DNA from: Camelus ferus | Lineage: Eukaryota | Reading direction: 5' to 3' | Length of the DNA stretch: 64,000 nucleotides | NCBI RefSeq assembly: GCF_009834535.1 | Contig: NC_045699.1 | Coordinates: forward strand, 75,206,001-75,270,000 | Shown: positions 53,480 through 64,000 of the stretch, in pieces | How the letters are laid out: every line of letters begins with the position of its first letter | Position numbering within the stretch: the first letter of the stretch is position 1 | Notes under the pieces: model-generated | The model's input: the letters and a program-made list of their open reading frames with translations, nothing else | Told to the model about the DNA's origin: nothing | Database searches by the model: none | Position numbers and translations under genes: made by a program

Positions 53480-53800
53480 GTGGCCTCATCTGTTACAGGA
53501 TTAGTACTTGTTTGGAGCCTGGCACATAGTAGGCTTTCAGTTAGGAATTGGTAGCAGATTGCCACCACGCCTCCAATCCCCAGGCAGCCTTGACTAGAGG
53601 CCTTGACTGAGGCGGCGGTAATGGCAGCAGTGTTCACTAAGCCTCCCCTGTGTCCAGCCCTGCCTCTGCTTGCGTCGTGAGTTCTCGTTGGCCCCAGTCA
53701 GCGATCTTTTGAGGTAGGTACTATCGTATTCCCATTTGCACGTGAGGAGACAGGCACGGTGAGGTCCTAGGTTCCAGAGCTGGTGCTGGAGAAGGTGGGT
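53480..53800 (-). mobile_element. MIR-like fragments
   Basis: ttcccatttgcacgtgaggagacaggcacggtgagg; gcctggcacatagtagg. Confidence 0.5.
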
Positions 53801-55606
53801 GCAGTGGTCTGAGATTCTAGGGCCCACAGTGCTGGACCTGTGGTGGTCAGTTTAAGTTAGTGGAAGCTCTGGGCTTAGACTCGTGATTCTGAGTGTTTAT
53901 TACGGAGGTGCAGGATAGGGCCAGGGGCCTCCTGGACAGTCGGTAGACCTGGGATTATCATTGCCACTGAATTGGGCAAATGGTTACTGGGTCAAGGTTC
54001 CCTAGCCGCCAAATGATTGAACCAGGAGGTGGACACTTGAAATGTATCTAACTGCATATTTACTCTTTCTTCTTTACCTTGACCTGGGAAGATAGTCACC
54101 ACTTTTTCACACTAAAAAGGACTCCTGAGGTAGTGAAACACATCCTCCATTTTATGGATTAGTAAGTGGGGGCTCTTGGGGTTTAATGTATGTTCAGGGC
54201 CCTCTAAGGATTTTGAGCCAGCAAGATGTAGCCTCTCAGCAGGACGGCCTTCCCAGGCAATTTCTGTGCTTCCAGCAGGGTGGCTACTATGTGTCTCTTT
54301 CTTGAACATTATGTTTTGTTTCTTAAAATAATACATGCACATGCATATAGTTTAAAAAGTCAGATAGTCCTGGAAGACGTTAAAAAAGCTGCTGTCTTCT
54401 CCTGCCTTTAGAGGCAGCAGCTACTTGACCCTTTGGCATTTACCTTATGTTTTCAAATCATGCTTCTGTAGTTGTGTCTTTATTCAGAAGTTTTCGGGAT
54501 TATCTGCTGGCGTCCACGAATGGTAGATGGCCATTTTCAGTTCTCTCACCCTGTCTCTTTTTTAGGTATCTCACAGTTTAGGTTAAATCCATGAGCGGAT
54601 CTTCGTCATTCTGTGCAGGTCATTTTTGTGCCTTGCTGGGCTGGATGGTGAACCACAGTTGTATTTCTTTTCTTGTGCAGCCTTTTTACTTTCCTGCTCC
54701 TTTTGTCCTGTAAAGTGTTTCTGGATTTAAGTTTTTACTCCTCAGACCTGTCAGCTCCCCCCCTCCCCCACCCCCGGTGTCCACAGTGCTCCCTGGGCGC
54801 CCGCCCTGGGCCGGGGCACATGGTCATCCTGGGCGTGCTCCCCCTTTCTCTCCCTGCCTCTCAGGCCCCCTCTGCATGCTCACTTGAGGTGGTGGGACAC
54901 ATTCTCTGGGAGCTTCCCGGAGTTTGCTGGGAGGCGGACTTCCAGGACTTGCCTGTCTGAAAATGTTTTTATTCTACCATTACACTTAAAGGTAAGTGTG
55001 GCTGGCCTTGGTGTTCCAGGTTGGAAGTAATTTTGGTTGTTGATCCAGTACCTTGTTTTCATTGTTGCAGTTGAGAAGCCCAGTTTGATTCATAATCCTT
55101 AGTGAGCATTACTTCTCCATCAGACTTTTAGGAGCCTCCCAATTCTCATGATGTACCTTAGTTGTAGCCTTTTTTCACTTATCCTGCAGGCTGTGAGTAG
55201 CCCCGAGATCTGGAGATGGATGTCCTGTCATTCCTGGGGGCGTTTTGTGTTCCCTGCGCATTCGAGATGTTTGTTTGCTACCGTTTCCCTGTGTTCTCCT
55301 TTCCCAGTTCTTTATTTGCACGTTGGACTTCCTCTGCTTACTATTCTGATGTTTAAAATCTTTTCTCCTTATCATATCTTGATCTTTTTGTTCTACGTTT
55401 TGGGAGGGTTTTTTTTTTTTTTTTTTTTTTTTACTGTTTACTAATTCTTCACTGAATTTTTTACTTCCTCATATTTTCATGTTCTTTACTGTTCTTTGTT
55501 CTTTTCTCACATCTCTTGTTCTTGTTTTACGTATACAGTATCTGCTTATCTCTTAATTTTAGTTGCATTTAAAAAATTACAAAATTAAAAAAATATTTTT
55601 AAATTT

Positions 55607-55700
55607 GGGGGGAGGGTGTGTATAGTTCAGTGGTAGAGCACTTGCCTAGCATGCAGTAGGTCCTGGGTTCAAGCCCTAGTATCTCTATTAAAAAAAAAAA
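55607..55700 (+). mobile_element. tRNA-Ala-derived SINE (short tail)
   Basis: tatagttcagtggtagagcacttgcctagcatgcagtaggtcctgggttcaagccc plus poly-A. Confidence 0.85.
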
Positions 55701-58700
55701 TTGTTTTTTGCACTTTTTCTTTTTCACCTGCGTTCCTCTTTGCTATTGTATCTTTTGGCTTCTTTTTCCATGCTGGAAACCCTTTTTCCAACGTCTGGTG
55801 ATCCTTGGCTGTTTATTCACCTTTGCGAAGAACATACTAAAAGTGGAAAGTTGAGCGGTATTGGGCTTGTTAACTTCCTTCACTGGAGGCTGATGACTAA
55901 TTTTTTTTAATTGAAATACAGTTACCGTACAGTATTAATGCTGTATTTTTGTCAGCACTCCTCCAAACGTCACGGTCCTCTGGTCTGGTTTCCTTGGAGC
56001 AGGCCCTCCTGTCCCTGCCCTGTTGGTCCCCCTGGCAGTCGGTCAGGGAGAAGGCCAGGGAAGAGGACGCTCTTTCCGGGGTTCCGTCAAGAGCCTTGCC
56101 TCATCCCCCGACTCAGTCAAGCAGCCTGCTCCTGCGTGTCTTTGTGCTGCTCTCCCGAGGTGTGGGGCATTTCTGGTGGAGTTTTTACAGAGCTAAACTG
56201 GTGTTTCGTGGCCATAAAAGAGTGCTTGTCTGAGTGGGTGGGTGGGGCCTGGGGACCAAAAGTCCAGCGTTCCTTACGTGGATTTTCCACCACAGCCCTC
56301 TCTAGTCCCTGGCGTCACCCCCTCTTCTGAGACGTCCCATGGTCTGGTGGGGCCAATCAGCCTACTCCTCAGCAGTGACCCCTCATTCGGGCTCCCCTCT
56401 TGCCTTGTGGAGTGATTCGGGGTTCCTACGTTCTCCATCTTCCCCCATCTTTGTGGGGTTTCAAGTGTTCCCTGGGTGGAGTTGACGTTGCTCTTTCCTG
56501 TTCTCGTCCTTGGTTGACCTTCCATGAGAGAGGGTGGACAGCCTCCTCTGCCATCCAGAGAGCAGCAGCGTTCATTCCACATCTCCAGAAGCATGTTGTC
56601 ACCCATGCCAAGAGCGTGCAGTCCTGTGCAGAGGGCTGCCCATCTTGGGTTTGTACTGTGAGGTGCGTGGTTCTGGCTCTTAGCCAGCGCAGGTCCTGGA
56701 GTCCTTCCTGATGGTCTAGTAGGGGCAGTAAATGTGCCTCAGCCCTGATGGCTGAAAGGACATTTGAGGGCAGCTTAGACCCCATGTGTGGTCAGTGCCA
56801 CAGTGGGGCTGGAGCCCCATTTCCTGCTTCTGCTTCCTGTCATTTCACAAAACTGCTTTGTAGGTTTGACCACACTTTATTGAGTTTCTCTTTGAAAACA
56901 GTGTAGCTTCTGGGAACCATATTTTGGGCTTGTCTCTTTAGGAACTTCCTGTTCTTTGCCATTTCACGGGACTTGCCTTGTTTGATGGCGGCTTCTGTCT
57001 CACAGTGAGTGGGCAGCTTGGCTCTGATTTACGTTGCTCACTCAGCATATCACGCAGGGGTACTTGCTGGAGCCCGGTTACTTTGGTGTACCGCAGTTGT
57101 GATGCAAAAAGTGTCAGTTCCAGAGTTGAGAAGTTCTTCCATTTACTGTCCCACTTTTTTTTAACTTACGGTTTTTTTCACTTATTTAGAAAAACTGCCA
57201 AATCGTCAAAGGTTTTGGATTTTAAAAAACAAAAGTTGAAGTGGTTATTTAAACTCTTCAAAGGTGGCTTTTTGTTTTTCTTGTGGTGTCTTTGTAAGTA
57301 AGTCACTTTCTCAGTAAGATCACTGTCAGTTGATATTTTATTTTGGAAAAGTTTTTGGACTGCTTTCTGCATCCCACTATTAATAGGTTTGTACGTTCTG
57401 ATCGGAGTATATTGAAAACTCTCTTCCCGGGGCTCTGTAAGCGTTTGTTGAGCAGTCTCTGTTTATGAAGAGCTGTTCTAGGTGTTGTGTAAGAGGACAC
57501 GCAAGTTTATGAGATTGGTCTCTGACGTCACAAAACCCACGAGTGTAATAGAGCAGATATTACCAAGCAGGAAACGAGGTGGAATCAGTGAAAAGTAAAC
57601 AAGAAGAGGCCTGCGCTGCTGCCGTGGGTGCTGCAGGCAGACTTGTGGGGAGCTCCCTGAGGAAGAGAGGTTAGTCCCGGTCTTAGAGAAGGTCGGTCAT
57701 GAGGTGGAATGACAAGGTGTAGTTGTGCACTTTAGAAAAAATGAGGCGTTTTAGCAAGTTTAGAAAGTTGAAACCTAAGAATGCCAAATGTTTGTCATGT
57801 GTCTGTTTCTGCGTCGTCTGAGAGCGTGCGCTCGCACTTGCGAGGCCGTGGGTGGCGAGCGCTTGCTGTCCACGCTCCAGCTCACTGCTTCCATGTCTGA
57901 ACTTGAGCACTTTTCAGAGCCGCGTGGTGTTTGTTTTATAGATGTCCCCGTTTCCTGGGTTGTGAATTGGGTGAGTCTGTGTCCTTTGGTGCATGCTGGC
58001 ATTACTGGGTCAGAAGGGGCGAGTGGCTGGGGGTGCGGCTGGAGAGGCAGGGCTGGGTCATCGAGGGCCTCGTCGCCGTAGAAGCGAGTTGGGAGTCCCC
58101 TGAATGCTGTGGACGATCATCAAAATCTTTTAGGTGTGGATCTATATTTTAGGAAGATGACCCTGGCTGCTGTGGGCAGAGTGGATGGAAAGAACCCAGA
58201 GTGGATGCAGGGACCCATGAACGGGCTGGGCCTTGAGGTGGGGGGGGGGGCAGGGACCCATGGATCGAGTTAAGGTATATTTGCTTACATTTATTTTGAG
58301 TCGATGTGTTGCTTTCAGGTTCAGAATTCAGTAAGTACAAAGAGATAAAGTGAAACATCCCCCTTCTTTGTCCACTAGCCACTCAGCTCTTCTCTTGGCG
58401 GGCTACCAGAATCATAATTATCGGGCTTATAAGGCAAACACATACGGAGATATCTTAGAATTTTTGTTGTGGAGCTTTCTCAAGCCTGCTCAGAAGCAGA
58501 CGTGGTGGAGTGAGCCCCGCACACCTGCCCCCGGCATCCACGGTTACCTCCTCGTGGCCTCTTTCCAACCCCGCAGGTATTTATTTTGAAGCCGTTCTTA
58601 GGTATAGTTCATCTGTGAATATTTCAGTTAATGTAAATATTTCAGGCAGTAAATACACAGTCGCTGTTCGGATTTCTCATTTAATTTCAAATTAGGGACA

Positions 58701-58904
58701 AAATACGGTCTATTCGTTGCCCTTGATACCTCTCAATTCTCAGAACATTAATTTCCATGTTTTCAGTTTTCTTTTGCAATTAAGTCTGAAGATAATGGTT
58801 CATTTGTCCCAGAGTTCCCTGTAACCTTGATTTTTGTGGATTACAGTCCCATGATGTTGTTTAAATGTCCCTTTGTCCCCTGTACTTCTTACTGTGGACC
58901 CTTA

Positions 58905-59395
58905 AGACCTGGAGCTGCTGCTTTCCAGTCTGTGAGTGGCTGGCCCCGTGGCTCTTAAGCAGTTGAGACGTGGTGAGTGTGAATTGAGGTGTGCTGCCAG
59001 TGCAAGCTGCACGCAGAATTTCCAAGACTCAGTGTGAAAAAGAGACTGTACAGTGTCCTGATAATACTTTAAAAAATATTGTTTGCATGTTGAAATATAA
59101 TCTTTCGGGTGTATTAGGTTAAATAAAATATTTGTGTTTCTAATTCCGCTTTACGGTTTTTTTTGGGGTGGGTAATGAGGTTTACTTATTTATTTTTTCA
59201 TTAATTTGTTTTTAGTAGAGGTACTGGGGATTGAACCCCGGACCCTGCTCATGCTAAGCACACGCTGTACTGCTAAGCTGCACCGCGCCCCTCTAATTCC
59301 TTTTTAAAATGTGGTTACTAGAAAATGAAAAGTTACTCACATAGCTCATGCTTGTGGCTGCCATCTTTCTGTTAGACTGCCCTGGCTGGAGGCCC
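58905..59395 (-). mobile_element. MER33-like hAT-Charlie element interrupted by a SINE
   Basis: gaattgaggtgtgctg...ttccaagactcagtgtgaaaaa...catgttgaaat...ggttaaataaaatat...atgtggttactagaaaat. Confidence 0.7.
59148..59291 (-). mobile_element. tRNA-Ala-derived SINE with 9-bp TSD
   Basis: TSD tctaattcc at 59139-59147 and 59292-59300. Confidence 0.85.
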
Positions 59396-60039
59396 CATCT
59401 GAGGTAGGTTTGCCTTTAAAAATTTTTTTTAGCAAGAATATGTCATAACTGGTATTAAGTTTTTTACCAGACGGAGTAAGTCTGATCCTCTGGCTCTGTG
59501 ATGTTAACAGTCATGATATTCATTGCTCAGAATCATTAACTCGTTAGGGGTGGTGTGGCAGCCTTTCTTTATCTCTTAGCTGGAATGCTCAGACGCAGAA
59601 GAACCGCTTAGTGATCAGGAGGTGCAGCTCACGTGAAAAGGAAGGATAGATTCTTGAGACTCCAGCACCCAGGGACCTTCCAGTAAGTGCTGGACTGAGA
59701 GAGGCTGAGGGGTTTGACACTTGTTTGCTGAGCTGCTTGTTAAGGTGATTTCTCTCCTGGAGTCCTCTCCCGCATCAGGTCTGAGGCTGGCATTTGGGCC
59801 CAGGAAGTCTTGGTTGCTTCCTCGTCCCTGCCTGTGCTCTGTGAACCCCTTGAGCACTAGGGTGGAACAAGATGCCAGTTGTTACGGTCGTCCTGTGGGC
59901 CAGTGAGTGGTCAGATGTCCCCCACCTCTGGCTCAGTCTGCCCTCTGTTCCCTTCTCTTACAGGAATGGTCTGCTGGAGGCTGGCACCGTGGTTCTGTCA
60001 CCACGTCTTAACCAGACTCCATAGCAATAGGACATTTAA

Positions 60040-62400
60040 CCAAAGCCTGAAGGCTATTTTTTTTGTGTGACAGATACACAGAAACATGCCCGTGTTACGT
60101 ATATGTTGTCTTCTGTGTTCCTAGTACCTCCGTCAAGCAGGGAGCTTTACCAGAAGCACTGAAGCCCCCTTGTGCCCTTTCCAGTCTGCCCTGCACTTGC
60201 CCCAGGGTAACTGCTGTCCCACCTTCTGGTACGTGGATTAGTTTTGCCTGATTCTGCACTTGGTTTGAAGGACACATGCGGTGTGTGCTCACATCTGCCT
60301 CCTTCCTGTCAGCACTGTGTCTCTGAGACGCATCTGTGCCATTGCGTGCCGTGGTGGTGTGCTCACTCTCATTTCACGTAGTACTCTGTTTGAACATACC
60401 GCGGTGCGCTTGAGTTGTTTCCAGTTTTGGGATACTCAGAAAGATGATGTGAACGTTCTTACATGTGTCTTTGGTAAATACAGGTACGTGTTTTGTTGGT
60501 GTGTGCCTAGGAGTGGGCGTGTTGAGCTGTGGAACGGGCATATGTACCCAGGGGGCTGTACCACGTTGTAAGTGAGAAGTGCCGTTGCTGTAAGTCCTTG
60601 CTAACATTTGGTCTTGTCTATCTTTCTTTTCACCATCTTGGTAGGTGTGTGCTGTGGTTTAATTTGCATTTTCCTGATGACTATTGATATTAAGGACTAG
60701 TATGCTTTTTGGTCATTTTGTTGAGACACTTTTGGGATGTGCCTATTTTAAGCTTTTTTTTTTTTTTGCTGCTGGTGGGTAGATATTTTATTCCTTTCTA
60801 TGGGTGAATAGTATTCCATTGTATAAATTTACTGTGCTTTGTTTATCCATTTATCATTTACTTCCTTTTTTTGGCTATTCTGACTAGTATTGCTGTGAAC
60901 ATTCATGAACAAGTGTTTGTATAAACAGATGTTTTCATTTCTCTTGGGTGTGTACCTGGGAGTAGAATTGCTGGGCGTGTGGTAACTCTGGTTGGGAATG
61001 CCAGACGGGTCTCTCCAGCAGCTGTGGCATTTCACAGTCCTGTCAGCAGGGTATGAGGATTCCAGTTTCTCCACATTTTTGCCAACACCTGTTATTAACT
61101 GTGGCTATAGCCATTCTGTTGGCTGTGGTATGGTATCTTGGTGTGCTTTTGATTTGAATTTCCCCTATTACTAGTGATGTTGAGCATTTTTTATGTGCTT
61201 ATTTGCCATTCGTATATCTTTACAGAAATGTCTGTAGAAGTCCTCTGCTCATTTCACGTGGGTTGTTTGTCTTTTTGTGGCGAGTTGTAAATGTGTTTTG
61301 TGTGTTGGAGGTTGTAGATACGAATCCCTTACAGACGTGTGATTAGGAAATACTTTCTCCCAGTCCATAGATTGTCTTTTCACTTTCTTGGTAGTGTTCT
61401 TTGAAGTGCAAATGTTTTTAATTTGATGAAGCCCAATTTATCTATTTTCTTCTTTTGTTGTTAGCACTTTTGGTCTCATATCTGAGAGTCTGTTGCCAGG
61501 TCCATTGTTAGGAAGTTACCCCTGTATTGTCTTCTGAGTTTTATAGTTTCAGCTCTTATGTTTTAGTCTGTGATCCGTTTTGAGGTAAATTTTGTCTGTG
61601 GTGTGAGGTAGGGGGTCCAGCTTCATTCTTTTGCGAGTGGAGATCCAGGTGTCCTAAACCACTGAAAGGGCTGTTCTTTCCCTCACTGGATTTCTCGACA
61701 CTGTTGTAAGCCACTTGACCGTAAATATTAGGACTTGTCTCTGGCCTCTTGGTTGTGGCACGCTGCTGACGTGACTGTCCTTAGCCAGCACCATCTTGAC
61801 TGCTATAGCCTGGGAGTGTGGGTCCACCACCTCTGTTCTTGTGCTCCTGGGCCCTTTGCAATGCCGTATGAATTTTAGCAGTAGCTTGTCCATAGCTGCA
61901 GAAAGCCTTCTAGGATTTTGATAGGGATTGCCCTGATTTTGTGGATCACTTTGGGGGTATTGCCATCTTAGTGATGGTCGGTCTTCCAGTCTGTGACGTG
62001 ACACACGGTGTCCTCCATCTGCTTAGGGCTTGGCTTCTTTTACCTTCTCCCCTACCCCCCAGTCAGTTGAGCTGAAGTTTTGTCAATTTTGTTATCTCTT
62101 CAAAGAATCAACTGTTGTTTTTATTGATATTCTGTTTTTCTGTTCTCCATTTCATTTCATTTCTCCTCTAAGCTTTATTATTTCTTCTGCTTCCTTTGGG
62201 TTTAGTTTGCACTTTCTGGAATCTTTTTTTTTTTTGTATAACATGAGGTGTAGGAATTAGGATTCATTGTCTTCTTTATGATTGTCCGCCTGAACCAGCA
62301 TCATTTTATAGACATCCTTTACTCATTGCACTTCAGTGCAACTTTTGCCGTAAATGAGGAAAAACCATATCTGGGAGGCTGTAGATGACTTTTTTCGTGG
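60040..62400 (-). mobile_element. Cluster of old L1 fragments, antisense to the inferred EHMT1
   Basis: Reverse-strand ORF2/3'UTR signatures (ttccagtttctccacatttttgccaacac; gatgttgagcatttttt; ttttgataggggattgc-like; gggtattgccatctta). Confidence 0.75.
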
Positions 62401-63954
62401 TAACTTGTTAATATTGGCTGCTGTCAGCATTGATCACTACATCACTAGATGAAGTCTGGCGAGGTTTTCTTTAGGTTGAAGATTTGTTCAGTCCACCTGC
62501 AAGGGCAGTTTTCCCCCATGTAATGGGTAATGTCGGGTTTTACAGCCCACAGCTTGGTGACATTGTGGTTGTCAGCCCAGCAGCTAAACCAGGTGTCATG
62601 TTGAGGCCACAGTTGTTTGCCAGACAGTTGGTGCTTGCCCACCAGCCTCACTGTTTACCTCTGGCCCATCACGCAGCTCCTCACTGTTGCGTGGGACTGT
62701 CATCCCTTCCTCCAGGCCTTGTGGCGACAACACAGGCCAGGGACCTCGCACATAGCAGGTGTGTAGATGGTCGCGCCCTCCTCCTCCTCCAGTCTTTTCC
62801 TCCAAGATGCCGTCTGGTCTTCTGCGATGTGCCTGGCACAGTGCTGGGGTTTACGAGGACCGCTCTGGCAGAGAGAGTGCCGCGGCCATGGCAGAAGCAC
62901 ACCTGGCCTGGGTGCCCTGGGCGCCCTTGGGAGGGGTCTTGTCCAGACAGGTAGGGCTGGGGTGGCGCGGAGTGTGCAGAGCAGGCTGATTCCTGTGATC
63001 CAGCCAAGGTGTATGTTCCTGTGAGACAGTTTCAGATGTGGGGGCGGCTGCTGGAATTTTCAGCAGTGGACTTTTGCTTGGCAGACATGTCGGATGGTGG
63101 GGCGGCTTGGAGCGCTGCGTTGGGTGATGCTCCTGGGGCCCGTCTCATGTGCCGTCAGGGATGGAGTCCGCTCGTCTTCTGGAGGTGAATCTCACGTGGC
63201 TGGACGGCTCCCGTTGGCGGCCCTGCCAGTGTCCCGTTTGCTCATGTGGATGCACTATGACCTTTACAAGTGGGCTTTTGTTGGGACCCAGCAGTGCGGC
63301 AGTTCCGATAACGTCTGGTAGTTTTCCTGGAGTGTCTTATGAGTTACGCACCCTACCGGGTGCCAAACGTGGGGCTTTGGCTTATCCTCCCAGCCTCCCT
63401 ATCAGATGGGGCTATTATCCCAGTATCTCCATTTCACGGAGGAGAAAAAGGAGATGATAAGGTGTACTGCCCGTGTTCTGCGCAGACAGTCTGAAGTTTA
63501 GAGTAAAGAATAGCAGACAAGCACATCGTCTTTGAAAGAGGAGCAGTCAGATTTAGGCTTCCTACCCATCAGCTGTCTTAGGTGCAAACTAGGGTGGGAG
63601 GAGGCGCACGGCCCTCCTGTGGCTCGTAGATGCACTGCCCAGGCTGTGGGCAGCAGGTTGCCCACGGGCACTGGGCTCCTCTGGGCGCCTGTTCACAGCG
63701 GGTCCTGGGAGCTCTGGGCAGGGCAGCACCCGACTGCTCATTTGTTTTTCTCTGCTTCAGTTGCTACTTGTGTGCTTTTGCCCCATCTGCTGGGAACTGT
63801 TCGGTCACCATGCATACCTAGTGTAGTCAAGACACAGGTTTAGATATGGCTAGCCTTGTCCCTTGTCCTCTCTGTTTCTAGTTTCTTTTGTTTCAGATCA
63901 CTTGATTTTGCTTTGTAAAGTTTGTGTGTGTAACAGAATCAGGTGGACTCTAGT

Positions 63955-64000
63955 CTCTTTTTGGGGGAGGTGCGGGAGGTAATTAGGTTTATTTATTTAT
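63955..64000 (-). mobile_element. Tail of another tRNA-Ala-type SINE, truncated by the window edge
   Basis: ttttggggg...gaggtaattaggtttatttatttat matches the tail of the other copies. Confidence 0.7.

Larger units (their letters stand above)
52228..64000 (+). other. EHMT1: Inferred EHMT1 intron 1 (no coding exon recognised)
   Basis: Synteny only: repeat-rich, T-skewed on +, no recognisable protein exon. Confidence 0.55.

Noticed and set aside
52228-64000. EHMT1 coding exons
   Set aside because: No translation resembling EHMT1 in any listed ORF; only an intron call by synteny is supportable.

Overview
This is mammalian genomic DNA, not prokaryotic; there are no CRISPR, rRNA or operon features. 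It is a GC-rich block with the gene order of human 9q34.3: PNPLA7 (-, first 8 coding exons, continuing off the left edge), MRPL41 (+), DPH7/WDR85 (-), ZMYND19 (-), ARRDC1 (+), then a CpG island and long intron where EHMT1 should start. EHMT1 is inferred from synteny only, and its exon 1 probably lies in a 160-nt N gap. I traced exon boundaries by hand (GT/AG, phase-consistent) for the five coding genes. Seven copies of a tRNA-Ala(AGC)-derived SINE suggest a camelid genome (vic-1-like family; inference). The rest is L1, L2, MIR, MaLR and DNA-transposon debris; repeat names and edges are from pattern recognition, not a RepeatMasker run. I see no new multi-gene system. The strongest anomaly is that DPH7 exon 1 has no in-frame AUG. 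Its only AUG is out of frame, and a single in-frame CUG in optimal Kozak context lies 30 codons upstream, a candidate for non-AUG initiation. Secondary candidates: a SINE-derived alternative last exon in ARRDC1 intron 2, an in-frame ZMYND19-DPH7 read-through junction behind a weak poly(A) signal, a composite SINE with an extra hairpin tail, and a cryptic repeat array upstream of the EHMT1 island.
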